The notes beneath the pieces are model-generated. The model worked only from the letters and a program-made list of their open reading frames with translations. It was not told the DNA's origin and searched no databases. From a virus: a stretch of 64,000 nucleotides of DNA. Each line of letters begins with the position of its first letter. The stretch's first letter is position 1. Location of the stretch: the IMG/VR virus record IMGVR_UViG_3300030061_003198; one strand, 5' to 3'. Of this stretch, positions 8,177 through 16,984 are shown piece by piece. A program made the position numbers and the translations under genes.

Positions 8177-10189
8177 TTATATTGATTCTGATAATTCTAA
8201 AAACTTGTTATTCATTGATTTTGATATTTGAGTAAGATTACATGTATCTATAAATTCTGAATTCTTACCATACATTCTTCTAAAATAATCTGCTGAATAT
8301 CCGTCTGATTTGCCATCAATATAATATGATAACACACTAATACCCAGCTCTTTCATTTCATTTACAACTTTTTTAGTAAATTCAATTCCACTATATCCCC
8401 AAGCAGCTCCACTTACTGAACTTGGACATCCATCTGAATAATTAATAAAGATAGACTCATCGCCTTTTGCATCTGCTTTTATATAAGGTAGTATACTTTT
8501 AAATGACAACCCTTCTGGAGTGCATCCAAATGTTCTAAGGTATGGAAAATAACTTTTAATCTTTGACATTTTGTCTACTGCACTATCATATGCATATACC
8601 GTAACTGTCTTTTCTGTATTACCATTAAGATGACTTGTTCCTCTCAAAGAGATTTGAACTCTAATACCTGTTGTCATAGATGCGGCTTGAGCAATTGCTA
8701 CCGCTGACTTAATAGCATTTTGAAATCTTTGTCCTCCCATTGAGCCTGATGCATCAATTGAAATATGTATAAAGAAATTCTTATATCTATCAGTTACTAT
8801 TCTATGAAACACATTGGCATTTTGAAATCCTAATTGAGATATCAATCTTCTATCAATCTTACCCGTATTCAATCTTGTCGACTTCAATGACTTTTCTTCA
8901 TTTCTCAATTGTAACTTTTTACCTAACTGTTTACCTAAAATAATACCTTCTTGTACTCCTGTTCCAGGCCCGTAGTAACTTTTAGATTCTGAGCCTCTTT
9001 GTAAACTATATGAATCAAATATTGTATCCATATGACACATAACTGAATAAGTCATTTTCTTTATAACGATACAATCTACATTATACATTGGACCTGCTGA
9101 CATATTAGTATTAACTGGATTATTTTCTGTTCCTGAGTCTTTAAGACTTTTTACAATTTGGGTATCCTTCTTAGAAAGCCTACCAATTTTCTTAGTATTA
9201 CCATTAACAAAATCTTCTTGCTTTGCAATCTGCTTTACAAGTCTTTCTTTTTCTCTTTGTGATAATTCATCATTTTCGGCTTTTGTATCAGCTGCTCCAC
9301 AGTTACCATTTTGTGAACCTTTTGTCTTTTGTTCTTTCCCTTTACAGTCTCCCGGATTAGATCCGACAGGCGTCTTGGTTTGCTTCTTACTTTGACTTTC
9401 ATTAACTTGCTTTCTAATTAGCTTATAAACTTCTATTGCTACATTTAAAGCATCTTCAGATGTCTTAAGTCTATTAATATTTTTAAGATCAATTAGATCC
9501 CATATTTGGGGTAATACTTCTAACGCATCCACTCTTCTATTAGGATTAGTTAAATTAATAATCCTAAACATATATGAGTCCCAATCCTCATCTGTCTTTT
9601 CATTAGACTTCAAAGCTTTGTCTACAATCTTTGCATTGAAATATTTTTCATACATAGATTCATAATATTTTCTGTAACCTGGAGCACTTGTATAAATATG
9701 GTAGTCAATTCTTCTGTCTTCTACCCAATTAAATAAATCCTTAACCTTTAAGATATCAGATTCAACCATATCCATATCAGGATCTCCGCCTCTCATAGCT
9801 ATATGACTATGGAATCTACTTCCAATTGATAAACTGTCTAATAAATTAAAATTAGTTAATGCAATATGAGAACCTTCATGTAATGCTAAACCAACGGTTG
9901 AATCAAAATTCTTATCTTCTATTTTAGATCCTATAGTAACTGACCTGCCATCAGTATAGCTATCTCCATTATTTTGAAAACGTACTGGGATTTGTTTACC
10001 TGTTACAATATTAACAAAATTACCTATAGCTCTTTGTGCTGAGGCCAATTTTGTATGATCTACATGTCGTTTGTTATTGACTTTATAATTAAAATCCGTA
10101 TCAATAGCGTCAAACCAATAGCTAGATGCAGACGTTTGATATGTTTTGATTGGATTTGCTGTTGTCTTTCTAATTCGTAATTTTTTCAT
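8177..10189 (-). CDS. Metallopeptidase-like (HExxH) + vWA domain protein (CobT-like MoxR partner)
   Basis: LHEGSH, NWVEDRRID, MIDAS IDASGS, TPEG, NYSDG. Confidence 0.88.
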   Translation of the reverse strand: MKKLRIRKTTANPIKTYQTSASSYWFDAIDTDFNYKVNNKRHVDHTKLASAQRAIGNFVNIVTGKQIPVRFQNNGDSYTDGRSVTIGSKIEDKNFDSTVGLALHEGSHIALTNFNLLDSLSIGSRFHSHIAMRGGDPDMDMVESDILKVKDLFNWVEDRRIDYHIYTSAPGYRKYYESMYEKYFNAKIVDKALKSNEKTDEDWDSYMFRIINLTNPNRRVDALEVLPQIWDLIDLKNINRLKTSEDALNVAIEVYKLIRKQVNESQSKKQTKTPVGSNPGDCKGKEQKTKGSQNGNCGAADTKAENDELSQREKERLVKQIAKQEDFVNGNTKKIGRLSKKDTQIVKSLKDSGTENNPVNTNMSAGPMYNVDCIVIKKMTYSVMCHMDTIFDSYSLQRGSESKSYYGPGTGVQEGIILGKQLGKKLQLRNEEKSLKSTRLNTGKIDRRLISQLGFQNANVFHRIVTDRYKNFFIHISIDASGSMGGQRFQNAIKSAVAIAQAASMTTGIRVQISLRGTSHLNGNTEKTVTVYAYDSAVDKMSKIKSYFPYLRTFGCTPEGLSFKSILPYIKADAKGDESIFINYSDGCPSSVSGAAWGYSGIEFTKKVVNEMKELGISVLSYYIDGKSDGYSADYFRRMYGKNSEFIDTCNLTQISKSMNNKFLELSESI

Positions 10190-10206
10190 ATATCTCCTTT
10201 TTATAT

Positions 10207-10235
10207 ATAATAAGAAAAGTAATTCATAATTCCAA
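10207..10235 (-). promoter_or_regulatory. Phage promoter TTGGAA-N17-TATTAT
   Basis: Recurrent motif; followed by AAGGAG before the vWA ATG. Confidence 0.7.
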
Positions 10236-10242
10236 GAAAAAA

Positions 10243-10619
10243 GTTGGGTTCTTTGAAGATTAATTTACTTTATTTTATCTGCAAATCTAGTATGCTTAGT
10301 TCTTGCTTTAACTAAGTCCACTATTTTTGATTCTGTTTTATCAAATCTAGAATCCATTGTTCTATATACATCATCTACATTTTCATGTAATGCTCTGTCA
10401 ACGTTTTCTATCATATGATCTACTTGGTTTTTAAATTGATCTAAACTACTGTATATATCTGTGTTTAAATCTGAGAAATTTCTGTTTACCCTATCAAAAG
10501 ATACCTTTACCCTATAAGCAAAAAATGCCAATAAAGCTACAGTACCAGCTCCGATAAGGATTCCTAATAACATATTTGTTTCCATATGCTTCCTTTCTTA
10601 TTATGTCAAAGAACCCAAC
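10243..10619. repeat. 14-bp perfect inverted repeat enclosing one ORF
   Basis: GTTGGGTTCTTTGA (10243-10256) / TCAAAGAACCCAAC (10606-10619). Confidence 0.85.
10265..10585 (-). CDS. Membrane-anchored coiled-coil protein
   Basis: N-terminal TM, heptad region, DSRFDK motif; AAGGA upstream. Confidence 0.75.
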   Translation of the reverse strand: METNMLLGILIGAGTVALLAFFAYRVKVSFDRVNRNFSDLNTDIYSSLDQFKNQVDHMIENVDRALHENVDDVYRTMDSRFDKTESKIVDLVKARTKHTRFADKIK

Positions 10620-10625
10620 AATACT

Positions 10626-10725
10626 TTAAAAAGGGAGTCAGCGCTGTCCGTATACAGATGGCAGTAGATCGATCTACTTTGACTCCCTTAAGATATGAAA
10701 GATGCTATTTGACGCATAGCTGCGT
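10626..10725 (-). other. Structured intergenic RNA / multibranch terminator
   Basis: 10-bp stem AAGGGAGTCA/TGACTCCCTT enclosing two hairpins, followed by U-run; upstream ACGCA-GCTA-TGCGT hairpin. Confidence 0.6.
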
Positions 10726-10736
10726 ACTTTTTAATA

Positions 10737-11876
10737 CTACTCTTCTTCTACTTTTTCTTCTCCTACATTAAAGATATCTTCTTCTGCGGTACCTAAATGT
10801 TTCTGAATAACTTGCTTAACAAATAATCTTTCAGAGTCGCCTCCGCCCGATGCATCAAAGAATGGAAGGATGCCTACCTCCGCAGCTTCTTCTAATGTAA
10901 AGCCATCTGCTAACAACTCACAAATTCTAACTGTCATACGTGTCGATATCATTGTGCTTAGTTTGCCTTCATCTGATCTCCACTCTTTTCTAGTTACATC
11001 AGCTATATCTGCTACAGATTCTAATAAGCTATCTTCAACCTTATTACCAAATCGTTTACTTAATAAAACATGTTCTCTTTCTTTAGATAATATGTCTACT
11101 TCAATAACTTCAAATCTATCCATTAATGCTCTATCTAATACTCTAGTAGATGTATATTCTGTACCAATATTAGCCGTTGCAATAAATGATACTCCTTGAG
11201 CTACGTTGACTAATGGTGCATCGATATTCTCATCTAATCTCAAATATCGTTGTCCTTCATCCAATACAGTCATTAATATATTCCATGCTTCAGGATGCGC
11301 TCTAGACAGCTCATCTAAAAGGATTACTGCATTTTCTGTCTTTATCGCCTTAATGAATGCCGATTCATCAAACATTGTCTCATTGTTCTTAAAATGCGTA
11401 TTACCAATTAATGTTGATCTAGGATCTTGCGTAGCACCTAAGTTAAAATAAAAGAATGGTCTATCAGTTGCCGTAGGCAATGCCTTTGCTGCTTCTGTCT
11501 TACCTGACCCTGCAGGTCCAACCATCATAATATTTTTACCTCTAACTGCTGACCTAATTAGATACTTCCATTTGATATCTGTAATTTCTAAATGATCTGG
11601 CTTAATTGCAGGAGCGTTACTAATGAATGCCAATACTGGATCTTCATCTTTAACTACTTCTTTTTTCTTAGGAGTTGGATTAGGCAATTGATCTGGATCG
11701 ATCCTTTTAGCTCTGCCGGTTTCTTCATTATATTTTAATGCTTCACCATTTTCATATGCTATCTTGATCATATCATCTCTGAATAGATCTGTAATGTCAT
11801 CACCATTGGTACTAACTACTTTGATAAACTCTCCGTCTTCTGTGGTAACGGAACCATAAACTTCTACTTCTTTCAT
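10737..11876 (-). CDS. MoxR-family AAA+ ATPase (CobS/NorQ-like)
   Basis: Walker A GPAGSGKT, Walker B LLDE, ATAN, LDRALMDRF, ISTR. Confidence 0.92.
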   Translation of the reverse strand: MKEVEVYGSVTTEDGEFIKVVSTNGDDITDLFRDDMIKIAYENGEALKYNEETGRAKRIDPDQLPNPTPKKKEVVKDEDPVLAFISNAPAIKPDHLEITDIKWKYLIRSAVRGKNIMMVGPAGSGKTEAAKALPTATDRPFFYFNLGATQDPRSTLIGNTHFKNNETMFDESAFIKAIKTENAVILLDELSRAHPEAWNILMTVLDEGQRYLRLDENIDAPLVNVAQGVSFIATANIGTEYTSTRVLDRALMDRFEVIEVDILSKEREHVLLSKRFGNKVEDSLLESVADIADVTRKEWRSDEGKLSTMISTRMTVRICELLADGFTLEEAAEVGILPFFDASGGGDSERLFVKQVIQKHLGTAEEDIFNVGEEKVEEE

Positions 11877-11901
11877 ATCTTATATTTTATTTATTTTCTA
11901 T

Positions 11902-11930
11902 ATAATAAGAAATTAAGATATGATATCCAA
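11902..11930 (-). promoter_or_regulatory. Phage promoter TTGGAT-N17-TATTAT
   Basis: Recurrent motif. Confidence 0.75.
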
Positions 11931-11933
11931 CCT

Positions 11934-13334
11934 TTATTTAATTATTTTTTGTATATCTCCATTATCCCAAATTAATATACTAATACCAGAATATAATTCA
12001 TCTACCTCCTGGCCTAATAAATTTGTTCTACTTATCACTTCTTTCCTTTCTGGTTTAATAGTAACTGCAATTGGATTAAATGTTTCAAATACGCCGTCAA
12101 AATCTGTTTGAGTTAATCTATAATAATTGTGACCTATATTAGGATTTTCATCATATGTTATATAAGTCATTACTTGGTTTGTATTTCCTGCTCCATATTG
12201 CATAGATATTTCTTCCCAATCATAAGCATCTAATGATTTTTCAATTGTATAATAATCGTTATTTACTTGAGATGCAACTACCCATTCTAACTTAACATAA
12301 TTCCCTAGATTTTCTCCTTCGAATGAAACTAACACAATCGGCAAAGAATTTCCAGTGCTGAATCCGAATCGTGTATTAGGTCTATATGAATTTCTGTATC
12401 CTATAGACGGAGGGAAGCTTCCATCATCATAATTATATACTACTGAATTAGCTTTGCTAGTATATTGAAATTCAGGATAACTAGAAGCCCAAGATCCATG
12501 ATTATTTACTACTTTAATTAATAAGTTTTCCGATCCATTAAAATTAAAAGGAAGGTTTAAAACTATCTCGTTCCATCCTGGTGAGAATGGTAAACTTCCA
12601 CTGAAAACTTTAACAAACCCATTCCAAGGACCATTACCTACATCTGGCATTGTACCGTCAGGAAATTCTTCTTCTAGAGTATGAGCGATCCATATCTCTT
12701 GATTATTTAAAGTCATCGAATTTCCATTAGTGACATTCCAACTAATTTTTTCTATTGTTCTAGGGAATCCGCCTAATTCAGTTGCAGTATATATTGCTGC
12801 ACTCCAACTATAATCATAATATCCATAAGCAGGAACTCTGCCGTTTTGTAAAGTAGAATTAGGATCTCCAATAGTAACTTCATCAGTACTTCCGCCGGCG
12901 ACAGGAGTTTTATATATCCTTACTTCTGTAGAAGTAGAATTAGAAGCGCAGTTATATTCATTTAAGTGTACATATAAAACGCCTGTATAAGTAGCTGTAT
13001 ATTTAATATAAGAAGTCAAACCACAACCACTAAAATCATCATTAAAATCTACAACTGATCCTAACTCATCTATAAGAGTTAACTGAGTATCATATGTAGC
13101 GGTAACTCCACCATAACTCGAACATGTAGAAAATTGGTATTCATCTCCTGAAACTATGTTAACTTTAATAATTTCGCCGGCATAATTATAAGTAGTAGCA
13201 GACCCCCAAATGTTATCATCTGGAGTATATACAGTACTAGGATAATAATTAGTACCATTGTCACATTGAGAAATTCCTAAATTAGATAAGAATATTATAA
13301 CTATTAATAGTAGTGTAGTAAATTTAATGTTCAT
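11934..13334 (-). CDS. Secreted beta-rich protein with Bacteroidota T9SS-cargo-like C-terminus
   Basis: Signal peptide; LPIVLVSF...W..ASQVNNDYYTIEKS...GAGN...YYRLTQTDFDG Ig module; CTD-like NLLGQEV...KIIK end. Confidence 0.8.
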   Translation of the reverse strand: MNIKFTTLLLIVIIFLSNLGISQCDNGTNYYPSTVYTPDDNIWGSATTYNYAGEIIKVNIVSGDEYQFSTCSSYGGVTATYDTQLTLIDELGSVVDFNDDFSGCGLTSYIKYTATYTGVLYVHLNEYNCASNSTSTEVRIYKTPVAGGSTDEVTIGDPNSTLQNGRVPAYGYYDYSWSAAIYTATELGGFPRTIEKISWNVTNGNSMTLNNQEIWIAHTLEEEFPDGTMPDVGNGPWNGFVKVFSGSLPFSPGWNEIVLNLPFNFNGSENLLIKVVNNHGSWASSYPEFQYTSKANSVVYNYDDGSFPPSIGYRNSYRPNTRFGFSTGNSLPIVLVSFEGENLGNYVKLEWVVASQVNNDYYTIEKSLDAYDWEEISMQYGAGNTNQVMTYITYDENPNIGHNYYRLTQTDFDGVFETFNPIAVTIKPERKEVISRTNLLGQEVDELYSGISILIWDNGDIQKIIK

Positions 13335-13412
13335 TGTGCTCCCTCGAAATAAAGATCTATTTATATATAAATATAGATCTAGTCTAAGTTACACATTTAT
13401 CGGGAAGTATTA

Positions 13413-13769
13413 TTAATTTGTTAGCATCAATTTTCCGCAGATAATACCGAATGCTCCAAAGGTAACAAGTAATACTAATCCTAACCAAGAACCTTTGGTT
13501 GCACGTTGAGAGTTCATAGCAAAAGCAAGATAATATAATCCAGCAACTACGAATAAAGCTATATTTGATTGCCAGCTTGATTTTGATGGATCTGTGTATA
13601 TAACTATTACAGATGCTAAAAATGCTTGTGCAAAAGGAAAGAATGCTGCTAGGAATATAGTATAAGGCTTTTCAAAATTAATTTTAAGCCATCTAGTAAA
13701 GATCCTTGTACGCCTTTCTAATAATCTTCTACGTACTTCTTTAGGTATTTTTCTTTTATAATTTTTCAT
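13413..13769 (-). CDS. Membrane protein (3 TM)
   Basis: Basic N-terminus then three hydrophobic segments. Confidence 0.65.
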   Translation of the reverse strand: MKNYKRKIPKEVRRRLLERRTRIFTRWLKINFEKPYTIFLAAFFPFAQAFLASVIVIYTDPSKSSWQSNIALFVVAGLYYLAFAMNSQRATKGSWLGLVLLVTFGAFGIICGKLMLTN

Positions 13770-13962
13770 TATATTTTAAATATGTAGTATCTGGAAATAC
13801 TACCATGAGATCTTCAAGATAATTTGTACCGTCATGACTTTGATATTGAGAAATTTCTAATCCTTTATAATATTTACAATTTGAAGTTGAAACAATGATA
13901 TACTCATTCTTACAATTTGTAACTAAAAATAATGCTAATAATATTATAATAACTTTTTTCAT
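13756..13962 (-). CDS. Small lipoprotein
   Basis: Signal peptide ending LVTNC followed by KNE. Confidence 0.5.
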   Translation of the reverse strand: MKKVIIILLALFLVTNCKNEYIIVSTSNCKYYKGLEISQYQSHDGTNYLEDLMVVFPDTTYLKYNEKL

Positions 13963-14154
13963 ATTAATAATTATATCAATATGATTTAAAGAACATTAAT
14001 TTAATATTAAATTTGTATTAAGTTTAATATTCAAATACGTCACCATATGGGTGATCTGTATAATCTTCGTCGTTTGGATCTATCATGATTATATATACTG
14101 GTTGTTATACATACGTATATTAATAATAACGTTACTAGTAAAAAGTATAATATT

Positions 14155-14316
14155 CTATTGATTCGAAATTTCATCGAAAGCTTGTTGGTATGCTGTAGCT
14201 TTACCGATTTTAGGATTGTCAATTAATAGTGTTTGTGCATATCCCATCACTTCTTCTTGTATATGTAATGAATGTGATTTAAATAATATTTCTTCTATTA
14301 TATCTGAATTTGTCAT
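14155..14316 (-). CDS. Hypothetical protein
   Basis: MTNSDIIEEILFKSH...AYQQAF. Confidence 0.6.
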   Translation of the reverse strand: MTNSDIIEEILFKSHSLHIQEEVMGYAQTLLIDNPKIGKATAYQQAFDEISNQ

Positions 14317-14327
14317 ATCGTTCCTTA

Positions 14328-14771
14328 TTACCATTTTCTGCATGACCAATATCTAGCTTTATGTCTAGGGCCTGGAGAGTCGCAATTATGTCTTGCTCTA
14401 AAACTTTTTCTAGCTTTTGGATTAGACTTTCTTATTCTCATAGTTTTTTGTCCTGCTTTCTTTGCAGAAGTACCACCATGACCAAAATTAACTTTAACTA
14501 CATTACCTTTTGGATTCTTAACATATACTTTAAATTTTTTAACATCACCACGCATTGGTTTGCCTAGCTTGACTTTACGGCCTCTGTATTCAGCTTCTTG
14601 GATGCTTGGTTTATATTCACGTATAAATTCTATAAATTCTACAAGATCTTGACGATTTTCTACATCATATTCTTCTACTTTTATACATTTGTCTTTACCA
14701 TCAGATGTTCCACCATATCGGTATCCTTTCCAACATTCTTTTCCATCAATACCTTTTATTTTTCCGGGCAT
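14328..14771 (-). CDS. Basic T4-like-phage conserved protein (CWKGY and RARHNC...YWSCR modules)
   Basis: CWKGY; AEYRGRKVKLGKP...KVNFG...RKSFRARHNC...RYWSCRKW typical of large myovirus hypothetical proteins. Confidence 0.75.
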   Translation of the reverse strand: MPGKIKGIDGKECWKGYRYGGTSDGKDKCIKVEEYDVENRQDLVEFIEFIREYKPSIQEAEYRGRKVKLGKPMRGDVKKFKVYVKNPKGNVVKVNFGHGGTSAKKAGQKTMRIRKSNPKARKSFRARHNCDSPGPRHKARYWSCRKW

Positions 14772-15379
14772 AAATTTAACTCCTTTGCTTTGCTTAACCA
14801 TATGGATTTAATAGATTCCATATCACTTTCTAATAAATATGTTTCATCTAAATATTCATACAATTTTTCTAAAAATGGTTTACGTTCTTTTTTTGCTTGA
14901 GTATGTAATCCATGTAGCATTGCTGGTATTTCTTTATCTAACAAATGATATTGCGCATTTGTTGCTGTTTCTCGTAATTTTTGATCATCAGGCAAATACT
15001 TTCCTGGTAATGTATTCAGTCCACTTTGAGTGATATGTTCTATTTCATGTCTTAATGTGTTACCTAATCGTAATGCAATATGACTTAAATGGGTTTTCTC
15101 TCCAGTAGTTTCAATTGAAACTTCTATATAAGGTATTTGATCACTTACTGGTTCTGTAGGATTATATGCATCTCCTGTAACACAAAGATTAGTTGAATAT
15201 TTTGTTTGCAGACCTAAATAAAAATGTAATGGAATGTCTCGATTAATAATCTCTTTGAACATTACTACTTCATAACTTAATCGTTTGTGTTTAGATACTT
15301 TAATTTGCCGTAAAACCAAACGTGACAGCTGTGTTACTAAATTTCTGTACTTACCTGATATTTCTATTGTCTCATGCAT
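14756..15379 (-). CDS. HExxH metallopeptidase-like protein
   Basis: LRHEIEHITQ...Y...EIPA. Confidence 0.65.
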   Translation of the reverse strand: MHETIEISGKYRNLVTQLSRLVLRQIKVSKHKRLSYEVVMFKEIINRDIPLHFYLGLQTKYSTNLCVTGDAYNPTEPVSDQIPYIEVSIETTGEKTHLSHIALRLGNTLRHEIEHITQSGLNTLPGKYLPDDQKLRETATNAQYHLLDKEIPAMLHGLHTQAKKERKPFLEKLYEYLDETYLLESDMESIKSIWLSKAKELNLCPEK

Positions 15380-15930
15380 TATTCTAATAAATTATAATTC
15401 CAAAAATGCTCTTTATCTTGATTAAATGGATTTCCAACCTGCATATAATAACAATTTAAACATAACATTTGTAAATTTTCAATGCGATGATTAGTTGTGT
15501 CACCATCAATATGATCTAATAATAATGGAGTAGTGTCATCAGTTACACGTCGTTCTTGATACCCACAACATGAACATTTTTCTTCAAATATACCCAATGC
15601 CAACAATCTATTTCGTAACTTCCATGTTGGATAATTAGGATGTTCTCCTTGTAGTATTTTATCAATTGTATATGGACCAGAATTAGCTTTTACTACATCT
15701 TTTCGTATACCTTTACCAGCTTGATTTTTATGTAGATCCCATAATGTTTTATCAGTCGCTGAATCAGTATACATTTTTGCATATTTTTTATATGTTGTAA
15801 ATGATACTTTGAGAAATCTAGCTGCTTCTGAATTTGACTTTGTGTTTTCCATTGCATAACGTATATCATTTTCAGTAAAGTTTAAAGATTGTTTGCCAAT
15901 GCCATAGATATATTTAAAATCTTTTTTCAT
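15379..15930 (-). CDS. HNH endonuclease with N-terminal HTH
   Basis: SNSEAARFLKVS HTH; CxxC...LDHIDGDTTNHRIENLQMLCLNC. Confidence 0.85.
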   Translation of the reverse strand: MKKDFKYIYGIGKQSLNFTENDIRYAMENTKSNSEAARFLKVSFTTYKKYAKMYTDSATDKTLWDLHKNQAGKGIRKDVVKANSGPYTIDKILQGEHPNYPTWKLRNRLLALGIFEEKCSCCGYQERRVTDDTTPLLLDHIDGDTTNHRIENLQMLCLNCYYMQVGNPFNQDKEHFWNYNLLE

Positions 15931-16320
15931 TTAGATCCAAATAATTCCTTCTTTCCTTAACAACTCTAATGCGTCTCTAGGTAACATTTTAGTGTTAAAT
16001 AGTTCTGTAAGTCTTTCTTTATGATTTGATACTTGATCTATAAATGTAGTATGATATTGTCCTGATATTTCTTCAAGCATATAAAACCAATCGATATAAC
16101 TAGTATATTTCCTATCAAATTTTTGAGCTGTAGTTTGATTTTCCCAATATTCAATTTGATCTTTTAATGGCCATAAGTCCATCGGTACGTCTTTTGCTTT
16201 TCTTCGAGCAGGAAGGCGTTCTTTGTATTTTTCTTTTTTATCTGACCGTTGTATAAATTTATCAATAATATTCATTGATCGATCTTTTGGCGACATTCCA
16301 ATTGTTGCTTTTTTACTCAT
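15931..16320 (-). CDS. Hypothetical protein
   Basis: 129-aa ORF in operon. Confidence 0.65.
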   Translation of the reverse strand: MSKKATIGMSPKDRSMNIIDKFIQRSDKKEKYKERLPARRKAKDVPMDLWPLKDQIEYWENQTTAQKFDRKYTSYIDWFYMLEEISGQYHTTFIDQVSNHKERLTELFNTKMLPRDALELLRKEGIIWI

Positions 16321-16498
16321 TTGTTTCCTCGTATTTTTTTGATATTAATATTACTTTTCTCCATGCATCTTCTGCTTTATAAATATATTTTTTAAATTTA
16401 TATATATTTTTTACATCTTTAGCTTTAACTGCTTTCTTATAATTTCTATGATAAGATGCATGATACAGCCCTAGCTTTATTTTGTCAAACAATTTCAT
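16313..16498 (-). CDS. Hypothetical basic protein
   Basis: 61-aa ORF, ATGA overlap with clpS. Confidence 0.6.
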   Translation of the reverse strand: MKLFDKIKLGLYHASYHRNYKKAVKAKDVKNIYKFKKYIYKAEDAWRKVILISKKYEETNE

Positions 16499-16761
16499 TT
16501 TTTATTTTTTTTACTAACAATTACAACGGTTAGACCAGCTTGAGCCAAGTCGTCAGAAATTTCATAACATATATTATATGGACCAGTAAAAACATCACAC
16601 TTTCCGTTAGAGTGTATGATAGTAGTACATTGTATTGCTTGGTAATGGTTATGTCCACATACATCACGCAATTGGTTTATTACATGATCGATGGTGTTTA
16701 CATTATCATCAAATACGAATACAGTGTACTTGCCTCTTTTATTGTATTTCTTTTTGGACAT
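16495..16761 (-). CDS. clpS: Clp protease adaptor ClpS (Bacteroidota type)
   Basis: VFDDNVNTIDHVI..L..VCGH...QAIQC..IIH..GKC.V..G. Confidence 0.85.
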   Translation of the reverse strand: MSKKKYNKRGKYTVFVFDDNVNTIDHVINQLRDVCGHNHYQAIQCTTIIHSNGKCDVFTGPYNICYEISDDLAQAGLTVVIVSKKNKK

Positions 16762-16945
16762 CTAATATAATTTGACAACGTTCATATTCTTGTTTTGTTT
16801 CTAACCATGATAAACACTCTTTAAGAAAATATTTCTTTTGTGTGGTAGTCCAATTAGATGGCCAGGTCCAGTCAGACGTTTCCATTGAATCAATTGCACT
16901 ACAAATTAATTTGTCGGTATAATCTGTTTCGTTATTAATTGTCAT
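16739..16945 (-). CDS. Small helical protein with UVR-like E.YE.C motif
   Basis: C-terminal WLETKQEYERCQIILD; overlaps clpS start. Confidence 0.6.
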   Translation of the reverse strand: MTINNETDYTDKLICSAIDSMETSDWTWPSNWTTTQKKYFLKECLSWLETKQEYERCQIILDVQKEIQ

Positions 16946-16950
16946 AATAT

Positions 16951-16979
16951 ATTATAATAATTTTTTAGGAATTATACAA
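16951..16979 (-). promoter_or_regulatory. Phage promoter TTGTAT-N17-TATAAT
   Basis: Variant of recurrent motif. Confidence 0.65.
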
Positions 16980-16984
16980 CCTTA

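Noticed and set aside
10626-10725. preQ1 riboswitch or tRNA
   Set aside because: No preQ1-I loop/A-rich tail consensus and no cloverleaf or TTC loop; kept only as an unknown structure.
14040-14222. 60-aa minus-strand ORF as annotated
   Set aside because: Overlaps 14155..14316 out of frame; at most the shorter MKFRINR... TM peptide is real, and the evidence is insufficient.
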